A DNA stretch of 60,067 nt, the filler included, from Sphacelaria rigidula (taxonomy: Eukaryota), in assembly GCA_964200075.2 (NCBI GenBank). It is 7 parts of 7 records of this genome, joined end to end, with 100 filler letters (N's around TTAATTAATTAA, not from the genome) between each part and the next. Parts side by side here need not be neighbours in the genome. Positions count along the whole stretch, not along the records: positions 42,978 to 51,472 come from CAXNAA020010978.1; positions 51,573 to 60,067 come from CAXNAA020010979.1; 5 more parts are not named here. One strand, given 5' to 3'. Below the pieces are notes generated by a model. It saw nothing but the letters and a program-made list of their open reading frames with translations, did no database searches and was not told where the DNA came from. Each line of letters opens with the position of its first letter. The stretch's first letter is position 1. Position numbers and translations under genes: made by a program. This document shows, piece after piece, positions 48,438 to 60,067 of this stretch.

Positions 48438-51400
48438 ATGGGAGAGTCCACTTCGGTGGCTAGTCAACTCATACGGAGTATCAGCAAGTTCGATGGTCAC
48501 CACTTCGTGCCGTGGCGGAGGACACTCCGCGCAACGACTGACCTTCTTCATCCCGAAATTTCTCGGATTCTGGACGGCGAGCCTCGACCCGCCGTCACCT
48601 ACGAGCGCAGGACTGCGACCACCCCAGCCGTCTCAACCCGCAGGACGAGAGGCTCAGGGGGCGACATCGGCGCCAGCGCTGACTCCGGGAGGACCGGAGG
48701 AACCGAGGCCAGCGGAGCTGAGGGCGGCCTCTCCAGCGGGCGCTCCGCGGAATTCCCGCGTCAACAGTCCCTACCGACGACCTGTTCGTCGATACGACGA
48801 TCAGCAACCAAACAGATCTGGACGCTTGGGATGGCTACAACAGGCAGCTCTTCAGCGTCCTCCTGCTGTCCACCAAGGGAGCCGCCAGCAGCTTGGTCAG
48901 TAGCCTTGCCGCGCGCGAGGGCCAAAAGCCGAACGACCAAGCTGCGTGGATTGCTCTGAACAAGAAATACCTCAATTCTTCGTCACAAAGACGGCGCATT
49001 TTAATGTGGGGTCTCCAGCAACATCTTATGGCGCCCGATCAAGACCCGGACGAGTACATCCTGGCCATGCATCAAAAGCGGGACGAGCTCCAACAGATCA
49101 ACGAGCCCGTATCGGACGCCCGCATGCAGGACTTCACTCTCGAGGGCCTGACTGGTGAATACGAGACACTTCGCTTTGCGGCGGAGAGGGACCCCGAGAT
49201 GACGCTCGAAGAGATCGAGACCACTGCTCGGAACAAGTTCGTCAATCGTGTGGCGCGCGGCGAATTGTCGGCGCCATCGCGCACAAAAGGGCGCGAGTCC
49301 GCTATGACTGCGACTCCATCGTTTCGGAGCACGTGCGATTACTGCAACAAACCTGGAAATAACAAATCGTCCTGTTTCATCCTGCAACGCGATCGCGACG
49401 CTGGCTCATCAACATCCAGCCGGAGAAGCAACTGGTGGTGCAGCTACCACAAAACGCATCTCCACGACAACGCCGACTGCATGAAGCAGCAACGGCAAAG
49501 GAACGGCGGCTCCAACGGGACCGACGGAGCCGGTCGCAACGGCGGCGGCAGCAACGGCGGCGGAGGCCGGAACCGCAGCAACAACAACGGACGCCGGAGT
49601 GGCGGAGGATCGACCTCAGGACAGGCCAACACGGCTGTCACCGTGGACTCTACGACTACAGCAACAGCTGCACCCCCGGCTCCACCTCTAGCGGCAGCGG
49701 CTACGCCCGCGCCGTCAGCGACGACTACACCATATAACAACCTATCTACCGCCCCCCCGTCCGGCACTGGCTACGCTTTCCTTGCAGCCGGCTCTCCTAC
49801 TCCAGATCCAGTCCAGTTAACCATGACGTCGGACTGCGGAGCTTCGTCACACTTCGTTGACAGCCACCTTATCAAGGACATCGAATCGCGCATGTCCGAC
49901 TTCGTCCGGCTCGACCCGCCGGTGACGATCGTCGTCGCCGGCAACAACACTCTCGCCGGAGTCAGCATGGGCACTCTCACCGTGAGCGCCATCGACGACC
50001 GCGGCAAGGCCCACGACATCCACCTGCCGACCATACACGTGCCGGGCCTAGGGCGTCACCTGTTTTCGGGAGGTACGGCAGCACTCAAGAGGGTTAACAC
50101 GGTTGTCACCAAGCAGTCGTACTTGGACGTCGGACCGTTCAAGATTCCACTTCGAAAGGACATCGACTGCCCCACTATCGATTATGTCGATCTCAAGCTA
50201 GCCCCTACCATGACGACCCGTGCGGAGGCAGCCTTTCCAACTAGAATCACCTCTGGACATACTCTTCCAATCGGAAGAGCAATGGCCTCACGTCTAATTT
50301 GTAGCGGGGCCACAGCGGCACCTACAGCAACACTGCCGGCTCTGATGGCCACGCCAGGGTTGCCGGCCACGTCAACTACCCCTTTGCCGGTTCAACCGGC
50401 TACCGCCATGCCGGCGGCGGGGGCACACACGTGACACCAGCGCCTTGGACATCCCAACGAGCGCACGATGCAGGCGGCGCGGGACATCGCCGAGACGGGT
50501 GCTCAGTTTACCGGCTCGCTGATCTCGTGCGAGGTCTGCCAAATCAACTAGGGCGTCAGACAGCCGATTCGGAACAAGCCGGCTTCAACCGTCATCTCCG
50601 AAAGGCTGCAATTGGTCAGCATGGACCTATTGGGACCCGTGACCCCCCCGGCGCGTGAGAATTTCAGGTACATGGCCACGTACTCCGACCACCACAGCGA
50701 ATTCAAAGCCGTCTACTTCATTTCCACCAAGGACGAAGCACCTACAAGGCTTGTCAAATTTGTGCAAGACTTGGCTATGCCGCTGGGACTCCGAATTCAG
50801 CACCTACGGGCCGACAGTGGTGGCGAGTTTATCGCCGGCTACTACCGCAAGTACTGCAAGACCACCGCGGTCGTCCAACAGTTCAGCTCGCCCAATACGC
50901 TGGAGAAAAACGGCCTCAGCGAGCGCGACGGGCGCACAATCATGGACGTGGCCCGGTGCCTTCTCAACGGCGCAGCCCTCCCAAAGTCCCTCTGTGGGAA
51001 AATGGCGGCCACTGCGGTTTTTCTCCTGAACCGCCTGCCGAACAAGACTATCGGCGGAAACACCCCCTACTACAGGATGTTCGGCAAGCACGTCGATCTA
51101 TCCTTCCTGCGCACCATCGGGGCGCGCACCTTCGTCCACCATGAGGGGCATCTACGCAAGTTAGATCCTAGGGCGCGCGAAGGAGTTCTCATCGGCTACG
51201 ACAACAACAAGCCTACCTACCGAATCTACGACCGTCACAGAGGGCAGGTCATCAGCACCCGCAACGTCACTTTCATGGAGACGCCGCCGGTCGCTGTTCG
51301 CACCACAACCGGCGCCCGGGGGCAAGATTACAGCGACGAACCAATTTATGAGGACTTCGCGCTGGACAGCAACAGTGCCGATGACAGTATCGACATCATC

Positions 51401-51472
51401 AACGACAACACCAACGACCGCTTTTTCAACGGCATCAGCAATTTGGACGCAGCAGACGACTCGAATGATTCA
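48438..51472 (+). pseudogene. Ty1/Copia gag-protease-integrase polyprotein, lightly disrupted, truncated by the gap
   Basis: KFDGHHFVPW Gag start, zinc knuckle CDYCNKPGNNKSSC, protease DCGASSH, pre-integrase T*HQRLGH...CEVC, integrase SMDLLGP / LRADSGGEF / NGLSERDGR, REGVLIGY; frameshift near 48770, stop at 50432. Confidence 0.93.
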
Positions 51473-51572
51473 NNNNNNNNNNNNNNNNNNNNNNNNNNNN
51501 NNNNNNNNNNNNNNNNTTAATTAATTAANNNNNNNNNNNNNNNNNNNNNNNNNNNNNNNNNNNNNNNNNNNN
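51473..51572. other. Scaffold gap with artificial linker
   Basis: N44-TTAATTAATTAA-N44. Confidence 0.97.
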
Positions 51573-51605
51573 AGACCCCATAGAGCGGAGGGAGGGCGGG
51601 GAGAA

Positions 51606-51637
<32 letters not shown>

Positions 51638-52192
51638 GCCGACTTCAACCCACGTGACTTACATCTCCGTGAAGTGTTCCATTTTTTTTTCCACTGGTGT
51701 GTGTTGTGCGTTACTGACGGTGAACTAAAGCCGGACTGCTAGTGTTTCTTGGTGTTGCTCCCCATGTTTTGTACTGTACTGTACTATGCTACTACTCTGC
51801 GTTGAGCACTACGGTACTACTGTGCATCTTTGAGGCAAAAACACCTTGCCTTGCCCCGTGTTGTTACACCAACTACGAGATCATGTGACCACCAAGCAAA
51901 ACCTCCCTGTCGGAGTTTTAGTCGGCGGCGTCGGCGGCGGTCCCCCGTGTTGGCGTGGTAGGCTGGCTGACGGTCCCGCGAGACCCAACAATTCTGTAGG
52001 GTGTGTATGTTACTTTGAGGTGCCGGTTCATAACTCTGTGCCGTCCTCACCCACTGGGTGACTGACTGTACTTACCACCTGCCGGATGCAAGGTCAGTCT
52101 GTCGTTGGATCGGGTGGGCAGAAACACTGCCTCGTACGCCCCCGCCACCACTGCAATCTACTACGGCATGTGCTCGTTTGGTCATCACCCAG

Positions 52193-52275
52193 GTTGTGCG
52201 TTCCTGACGTACTGTGCTCGCCCTTCGGCGGACGCCGCGATCGCTGCGCTGCACGGACAACGGAGGTTAGACAGG
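52193..52275 (+). CDS. CELF: CELF/Bruno-family RNA-binding protein, exon with second half of RRM1
   Basis: cccag|GT acceptor, AGG|gtgagc donor; GCAFLTYCARPSADAAIAALHGQRRLDR. The 5' exon(s) were not found. Confidence 0.85.
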
Positions 52276-53168
52276 GTGAGCGCGTAGTTGTGCTGGATGC
52301 CACTCCTGCGGTCCTAGATGGCCTCAAACCGCTCCACCTCCACCAGAGCAAACGCAACACAGCGGACCTAGAGGCACAAGATGCGGACACCCCGAAGTTG
52401 GGATCGGACATTATTCGTATTTTTCTCCGTCAGAGCGTCGTGCCAGTCAGTACCATTCTTTGAGTGAATTGCATGTGTTGGATCCGATGTTTCGGCAAGG
52501 TCAACAAATGGCTGACAAGTTCTGACAACAGCCGTGAAGCCTCAAACTGTATGCGATGCCATGTATCGTCTTTAGTACGGGAAAGGGGCCATGGAGATTT
52601 TTTCAGGCGAGTGGCAGCCGTCCGTCTCTGGTCGGGCTGCACCGACATACCGCAACCCTCGTTTTGCTTCCAAGAGTACAGTAACTCAATTGTTTCCAGG
52701 TACAGTAACTAAAAAAATTAAGTTGGGCAATCAGCACAGGTTCTCCTGGGCTCCAGGAAGTAAGCGGAGGTGGGAACTAGTGTGGTGCTTCTTCACGATC
52801 TCGTTCATCTCTTGAGCGTCCAGTCTGTCAAGAGTTGGCTCTTCTCACGGCAGTCAAAGACAGCCTGCCATACCACAGAGTACAGTTCTTGACGGACATA
52901 ACCTGCTGCCTGTTTGCGCTTTTGCTGGGTCCTCGCGGTCTCCAATTCCTCGCAACATTTACAAGAGTATCAAATCTCGCGACCAACCTACCTGTCTCTC
53001 ATGGAAATCAGGTCGCACAGTCGGCGTCCCTCGGCGCATATCACAAATCCAGCAGGCGAACGTTTTAATATTGTAGTTTGATTTTTCAAAACATGGCACG
53101 ATGCGACATAATGTTTCCATCTCCTTTTTGCTTCTACATACACTCCTCAACATGACCCGGTCCGGCAG

Positions 53169-54105
53169 GGGCAAAACCCGCTTCAGGTGCGGCCGGCAGA
53201 GGGCCAGGCGGAGCAGGAAAACAAGCTTTTCGTTGGCATGGCTCCCAAATCGGCCAACGAGGATGAAATCCGGGCCGTGTTTTCGCCGTATGGCACTCTG
53301 CGCGAGATTCACGTCATTCGCAACCAAGATGGCACCAACAAGGGTTGTGCATTTGTCAAGTATACCACGCGCCAGAGCGCTCTCGACGCAATCGAGGCCC
53401 TCCACGAGCAATACACGATGCAGGGGGGACCGCGCCCTCTCGTTGTCAAGTTCGCCGACAACAAACGCGGAGCGCAGGCGGCGGGGCGTCTCGGCGGTAT
53501 GGTCGGCTCTCCCGGCAGGCACGGCGGCCCCCACCCCGAGGCCGGATGGCTGCACCCGGGGGCGGGACAAGGAGGGGGGGGGGGGGGGTACGGTTACCCT
53601 GTGCCAGGGCCAGGCATGTCCCCGCATATGATGAACATGCAGGGTGGCTACGTTCCCTACGGCGGCACGCAGGCCCAGGGTGCTCCTCCCCAGGGGTACC
53701 ATGTGTACTACCCTTACGGCCCTCCGGGTGGGTACCAAGGTGGCGCTGTGGGTGGCGGCGGCGGAGGCGGGAGCGGAGGCGGAGGCGGAGGCGGCGGCGG
53801 CGGTGGACACTACCATGCGGGACCACCCAGCCCGCCCCGTGGAGGCGGTGGGTACGGCGGGGTGGGCCACGCCCGTTCCCCGGAACATCGTCATGCGCCG
53901 CGCGGAATGTATGAAAGTGTGGAAGATGCCGGGATCGCAGCGGCGTCCAGGCCAGCCGAAGGCCCGCCGGGGGCAAACCTATTCATTTACCATCTGCCGC
54001 AGGACCTATCGGATGCGGACCTTGCCACTGCATTTGCGCCATTTGGTCACGTGCTGAGCGCGAAGGTGTACATCGACCGGGAGTCGGGGGAAAGCAAGGG
54101 ATTCG
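53169..54105 (+). CDS. CELF: CELF/Bruno-family protein, exon with RRM2, Gly/Pro/Tyr-rich linker and start of RRM3
   Basis: ggcag|GGG acceptor, G|gtgagg donor; ENKLFVGM...KGCAFVKY...PLVVKFAD; EGPPGANLFIYHLPQ...GESKGF. Confidence 0.93.
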
Positions 54106-54387
54106 GTGAGGAACTCTAGGGCCTAATTTTTTCCCCTGCCTACCGCGGAGAGGCTGGCGGGGAGTTGGAGCACGGAGGGGGCTAGGGCACCCAAAATCTG
54201 TACGATAGGGTGACTTCATGCACAAGACATGGAGTTCTGGCGTCGATTCGTACAAATCTCTTCTTGGCGGCGATCGATAGATCAGTCAGTCCTGTTTTTG
54301 CCTTCTTTTTGCCTTCTCACGCGCATCCTTTCCCTTGCCGGTGTTCGCCATCCGCATTTCCCCCCGATGACGTCCGTGCATCAACAG

Positions 54388-54602
54388 GCTTCGTGTCTTA
54401 CAACCAGCCGACACACGCAGAGGCGGCTATCGCGCAGATGAACGGCTTTCAGATTGGCTCGAAGCGGCTCAAGGTGCAGCACAAGCGCCGCGGGCAGAGA
54501 GCGGATGATCCAGATGATCGCGGTGGCGACGGAGGGAGCGGATACGGCGATGAAGGGGACTTCTATCACTCGGAATACATGAGGCACCAAGATGCCAGGT
54601 GA
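54388..54602 (+). CDS. CELF: CELF/Bruno-family protein, exon completing RRM3 (probably last)
   Basis: caacag|GC completes [40 protein letters not shown] at 54600-54602 overlaps a possible donor CAG|gtgagg. Confidence 0.88.
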
Positions 54603-55656
54603 GGATAGGTGGGTTGCCGTTGGGGCGGCCAGATGGGGTACACAGCGGTTTTCGTACATGTATGGGCTTCGGGTTACCCACCTCATCTGTGTGTTTCTGT
54701 GAGGAACCAAGTGTTATGGGTATAGGTTGAGAACGTAGACGGCAGTTGATTGTAGTCATGTTCCACTACCGGCAGCTCTCACTTCTCCGGTTCTTCCACT
54801 CCAAGCAGCGCATGTTCACCGCCATAGCACCTAGACGGACCATTGGCGCTGTGCTGTCTGCACAAGGGGCTTGTTTTGGGCGCATCTCGCGGCGACAGTT
54901 GACACACCAGGCGCCACGCTCCAGTGGTGAGGTGTGCATCGCACTCATCAGAAGCTGTTGGCGCCTTCCCAACTCCTACCGAAACAACCGCGAGCATCAT
55001 CAACCGCGGTTTTTTGTGCCCGAACTTGACGGCAACGCAAGCCATCAGCGTACACAAAGCATGCATTTTTTTAGCTTACATGCGGCACCACGTACTGCAA
55101 CACGATTTTAGTCATCACCATGACAGTTTTGTGTTCATCACGCTGTAGAGTGAAATCGAGCAAAGCGTCGGTGGAGTTTCCTCAGTTAGGTAGCATCGAC
55201 GATTGCGCTGTACCACTACAGGCTCATAATTCTGCTTGGGAATGGGCAAGGGGCCCGACTATCAGAGCAGTGGCTTTAGCCCACTCGATCTGTTTCACAC
55301 CGCGTGCTCGTTGTGATTCCTTCTTGTTTATTGTGTATACCTCGTCTGACTACTCTAGACGGTGCGTGGGTGTTTTGGGGACCGAAGCTGAGAAAGACAA
55401 ACTAGGCATTTTGAGGCTCTGGCAGTTGATATGTGTTGGTTCGGCTTGTCATTTTTGTAGCAAGCGGGAGTGCTCCTGTGATTCGAAGCTGCCGTATTTT
55501 TCGGGGGTGGATCCAAGAGCTCCACACGAAAGTGGCCAGAGTGCTACCATGATGTTGACATGTCCACAGCTATTGGTTCCCAAGGGTTGAGATAGACAGA
55601 AGTACACACACCGTGGTTGATTGGTTGATATCTCAAAGCAACCCTGTTGTCGGTGG

Positions 55657-55991
55657 TGTGCCGCTTGAAGGCAGTCGACATCTGCCCGCACTATTTTGTC
55701 GTACTCTCAGACGGTTGACAACTTTGAACCGCCATGAAGTAGGAAGGGGCTTGGACACCTCGCAACCGCAGTACATGCGCCAGCTTTGTTTCCAAGGTTT
55801 AAGATGAACGGAAGTACCAAAACCACGGGTTATATTTCAAAGCAGCCCTTTTCGCGGCTGTGTGCCACTTGGAAGGCAGTTGAATGGTGCTCGCACCATT
55901 TTGTCGTACTCTCAGGCAGTTGACAACTTTGAACCGGCGTGAAGTAGGAACAACGTGGGACACCCCGCAAATGCGGTACATGCTTCAGCTT
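55657..55991. repeat. Direct duplication of ~130 bp, ~200-bp period
   Basis: gtgtgcc.ctt...gaaggcagt...attttgtcgtactctcag...gttgacaactttgaaccg...tgaagtaggaa...gtacatgc occurs twice. Confidence 0.8.
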
Positions 55992-58900
55992 GTTCGTGTG
56001 CCAGCTGCCAACCGCTGGTGTTTTTTATTTTCTGGAACTTGCAGCACTAGTACTCTCGAGAGAAGGGGGAGGAGACATGGAGTGAGTTCAAAACCGCCGC
56101 ACGCAGAACTGTATGCGGTAGAGCATGGCGGCGCCGTGCAGTAAACAACCCCAGCAGCGTTTTTTTTTTGGCAAGCCTGATTGGTTTTCATCGCACCGCG
56201 AGCATAGCAGTCAGACTTGAGGGCATTTGTGAGGAAATGAGAAAACAATTTTCAGCGCTTGAAGCACGAATGTTGATGCGATTGCTATGCCGTGGTGTAG
56301 CGAATCGTTGGCGCCTTCATGTCCGTCAAAACCGCGCTATGGCCATGGCTGGGGAGCTTGCCCACCACAGACAGTAGGGTGCATTGTTGTGCAGTATGAC
56401 GGTAGAGAAAGTAACAGGACTCTACTTGGCATCTTGTGAGTTGTTTTAACCGGAGGGGTATGGCATCGTACCTAATCAGTCCCGTCTATGGAAATGAGCA
56501 TTTAAGAGAAAGTTAACGCCTGGATCGTCACGATTCATTCCAGGACAACTTGTGAAAATCGTCCTAGTGGCCAGTCATCGGCTGTTTCAAGTGCCGCGGC
56601 TATCTCTGTATCCATGCTCGTGGTCTGTGGTGAAGACTTCATCTGTTGTGCGTTTGAATAATTTGTGGCTTGAGAGGAGATCGATATCTTGGCCGTGGCA
56701 GTGCGGGAATGAGGCTGTAGCATGGTGGAGTGCGAAAGAGCACTAAATTCGCGTTCCAATTCACGGCGGTTCCGCGAGAAGCAGCTGAAAGAAAAAACCA
56801 AGCACGGAGCCCCCTCTACCACGGGAAAAATTTCCCAACTCCAAACCACGTCCACGTGATACCGTTGCTATACAGCCCGTCAAGCCAAAATAATACGTTT
56901 ACTCTGCGCTTATCGCCGGCTGCACTTGGAAGGCAGGACGAATACTTTACCGACATCTCGTCTGTCGCGAATGCATCCAACTCAGCACACTAGTTCCAAC
57001 ACGGGAACGTAACCCTCGTACTGTCCGTTTGCCGGGGGGGATCATGCCCGCCAATCGCTCCAAGTCATGATCTCCGGAGAATGCGTATGAGTTCAGCTCC
57101 GCTACACGCGGCACAGCCCCACCTGCTGTTCAGGTGTTCGTATCATACGTACATGGGTACATACAAACACATATTTATTTATGCGTACATACGGACGAAC
57201 ATGCCTGCATGACGACTCGTTGTGACCTTCGCAAGGCTCGCCTTTAGAGCAGTTTCACGTCCGTGGATAGTGTGGCGGGGGTACGCAGTTGTTGGTGTCT
57301 TCTTTGTACAAGTTGTCGGCTGTTGACGAAAGCGCTGATCTGTCGCGGAGAATATCAGGGGGCACTAAAGCACCACCCCAACACCCCGTTGACCCATCGT
57401 ATCTGCGCAAGATCTTGCTGCTGTCGTGTGATGATGGATAGTAGAGCATGGCTCACTCTGTTCGGCCAATTCTGGCTGGCCTAAGCTACCATTGCTATAC
57501 CAAATACAGTACTGTCCATGCTGTTTGCCAGGTCAGCGTAGTGTGCTTTGCATCCGATGATATAATAGCTGCGAGCCCGTGAACCGCACGCCCTCGCATT
57601 GAAACAAGAACTTGAAGATCCAGATACTTACGGGAGACCCTCACCTGTGCGTGAGCTCGAATCACGGTCAGTCAAGGGTACAGTACTGTACAGCAACCCT
57701 GCCTGCCTTCGTGTCCCCTTCACTCACACTGCGTCACCGTTGTAAGAAGCGAGGTGTTGTGCTCTGCCGCAGCCGCTTCTGTGGGTCAGTGTTGCCAAGC
57801 GAGCACTTGTCGCGGTGGCGATCGTGTTTGTTCCACATCATGGCAAGCGTTTTGCGGCTAGGACTGACCGGCGATCGTACGATTGGTTGGAGGCGTTGTT
57901 TGTCTTGATTTTTGTTCCCGCCTAAACGGTGCCCTAGACAAAGTAGAGATGGCGAACAAAGGCGGCGATTATCACAGGATTGTGGCAAATCGAAGATGTA
58001 CCAGGACAGAATCTGCTATATTAAAATAGTAGGCGAAGCCCGCATCACAAGCCAAACCTCCCACACGAAGAGGAGGGTAACCCAAAGTGAATTGACAGAA
58101 GCGCGATTATTGCCGAGTGTTCAAACTCTGCACTGGTCCAAAATTGAAGACCTGTCCACGATCAGACGGTAGACTAAAACATTGGACACGTCCTGTTTCA
58201 CTACTGTACCGCAGCAAAGCACTCAAGCCTCTCTCATATGTTGGGGCTTGCATTGCCTGTTCTGTTGTGGTGTGTTCACGCATTGCGAAGACGGTTTGGA
58301 TTGCATGAGCTGCGATATTGTCGTTATGTTCGTCTCTCCACAAAACAATGTCAGTCGGCACGCAGTGCTGGCTGCACACTGTTGAAAGCTTCATGGGTGA
58401 GTTGACTGTTTCGTCTTCGGTAAGACGAACAACGCGCTGTCCGTTGCTGCGACACCCCTGCTGGTGCCGTGCCTTGGGCGCCTGTACTGTACCGTACTGT
58501 TGTATTGTGTTCGGTGTACAATACTGTACTATCTGTGATACTGTATTCGTCTGAAACGCGCTACGAGTTACACCGCACAACACTGGGTGTTAGAGTACTC
58601 CCCTGGCGATTCCCAAGCGAAATGGAGCGATATGATTGGTAAGTTACCGAGCGATCTGTCCCGCTCCAAATGCAGTTTGCCAGGATTCTTGGAGTAATCA
58701 AGATTCCTATCAAGGCCCATATGGGGTAGACTGGTAGGAGGACGGTCTGCCCCATGTGGAACAAGGGGCATAAAAGGTAAATTAGAGACCGGTGAGTGTT
58801 AGGTGTTACGACGAAGGGGAGATGGATAGTCTCTTCAAAGTATTGTGGTTGATGAGGCGATGTTGACGTGAAATGGCGGATAAGAAAGCAAAAAAAATAA

Positions 58901-60042
58901 GAACTTTTCAAGTCATCCGTGGCTGATTTTCTTTGCCCCTATCTGCTGGTGGCGCTCACGTAGCCTCCCGGTTTCATAGCAAAGACGCTTTACCGTCTGC
59001 GATACACCTCAATCGTATCGATCATTTCACCCCCTCCCCACTTTCCGTTGTTAGCTAGACTTCGCTCACTGGCACCGTCGATTTCCAAGAGATATTCGTC
59101 GAATAGTCTCTCCCCTCTCCCCCCTCCCCTAGGAATTCCCGTCCAAGGCTTTGATTGAAACATGACGTCAAGAGGTGAAACAGTGATGCGCTGCACACAA
59201 CCTTCGCTGTGCCGGGAAAAAAAAACTGAAGTCTGATGCTTCTATCTATCGCTGCCTGTTTGAAGTCATTGCTGCCTTTCGCAAATGCGCGAGTTCCTCA
59301 ACTGTGGTCCCCAAGACGGAGGTATCACGAATCCGTGGCGGTCCCGTGCGACACGTGGGTGCTGCAGTAATAATAACGTCGGTTACGAACCCTGTCTTTT
59401 TATTTGAAAACGCATACGTTGCACGCGGTACGGCACAACATTCAACTCGGAAGGCCCAAAACATGAACGGAAACCGCAACTTGTTTTTTTCACTTTTTCG
59501 TTCCAAGTTGCATTTCCCATATTTGAAACGCTCATGGTTCGCCGCGACCGACTGGTTGTAATATGCACGAGAACTCGGGGAAATTATTGCCATATCTCGG
59601 TACGATGGTGTAGACCCGGCTCTCTTCACGGCGATTAAAGTCGGTGTTGCCGACCGCCTGTCGGCACTTTCAGCACTTTGCCCACTTCTGTCCCAGCAGA
59701 ATCCTCCGCGCATGCGCATTTTCCCCGTTGTACTATACCCCACTCCTCATCACCATACACTTCATGCGGTGTCTCATGACGAACCACACACGTCTCTCAG
59801 TCGGCGCGTAACAAATGATGAGATCTGCGTATCAAAAGAGGTACTATTTTCTCAAACTCGAGGTTCCCAGCGTGTTTCACTGTCACTGAGAGTCATTGAC
59901 TGTGAAATACACGGGGAATCTCGAGTTTGAGATACCTATCCTGAACCGTATTCCGGTGGAATTCATTGTTGGTCGCCCCGAGCATGGCAGGCACTTGGAG
60001 AGACAAGATAGTTTTCGACAAAACAGACTTGAGATTTCACTC

Positions 60043-60067
60043 CACACACACACACACACACACACAC
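60043..60067. repeat. (CA)n microsatellite at window end
   Basis: Pure CA run. Confidence 0.9.

Noticed and set aside
51606-51636. G31 run as a functional G-quadruplex
   Set aside because: Homopolymer beside a contig end; its length is unreliable.
52959-53976. Long minus-strand ORFs (311 aa, 176 aa)
   Set aside because: GC-rich antisense shadows of the CELF exon.
58588-59182. Possible solo LTR starting TGTTAGAG
   Set aside because: No matching TSD or second copy was found.

Overview
Repeat-rich, intron-containing eukaryotic DNA, most likely from a brown alga or related stramenopile. This is inferred from the ROCO gene architecture, long GT-AG introns and TTAGGG telomeric motifs. The window consists of 7 contigs joined by six artificial 100-bp gaps (N44-TTAATTAATTAA-N44), so adjacency across gaps is unverified. 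Host genes: four 3' exons of a ROCO (Roc-COR) GTPase gene (minus, 9756-14432), three exons of a 3-RRM CELF/Bruno RNA-binding protein (plus, 52193-54602), one exon of a NOG1-like GTPase (35359-35531) and one orphan exon (20325-20451). Much of the rest is mobile DNA: a decayed Ty3/Gypsy integrase region with PPT and LTR, two Ty1/Copia elements, LINE 3' ends with C-rich tails, tRNA-derived SINE heads and several MITE/foldback elements, some nested. Strongest leads: (1) a Gypsy integrase with a chromodomain followed by a Tudor-like domain; (2) a 293-bp hairpin with an 82-bp near-perfect outer stem; (3) a Ginger-like MITE carrying telomeric repeats; (4) the ROCO C-terminal domain; (5) a three-level MITE nest built on ATCGCGAT palindromes. 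No database searches were possible, and all domain calls are by motif recognition.
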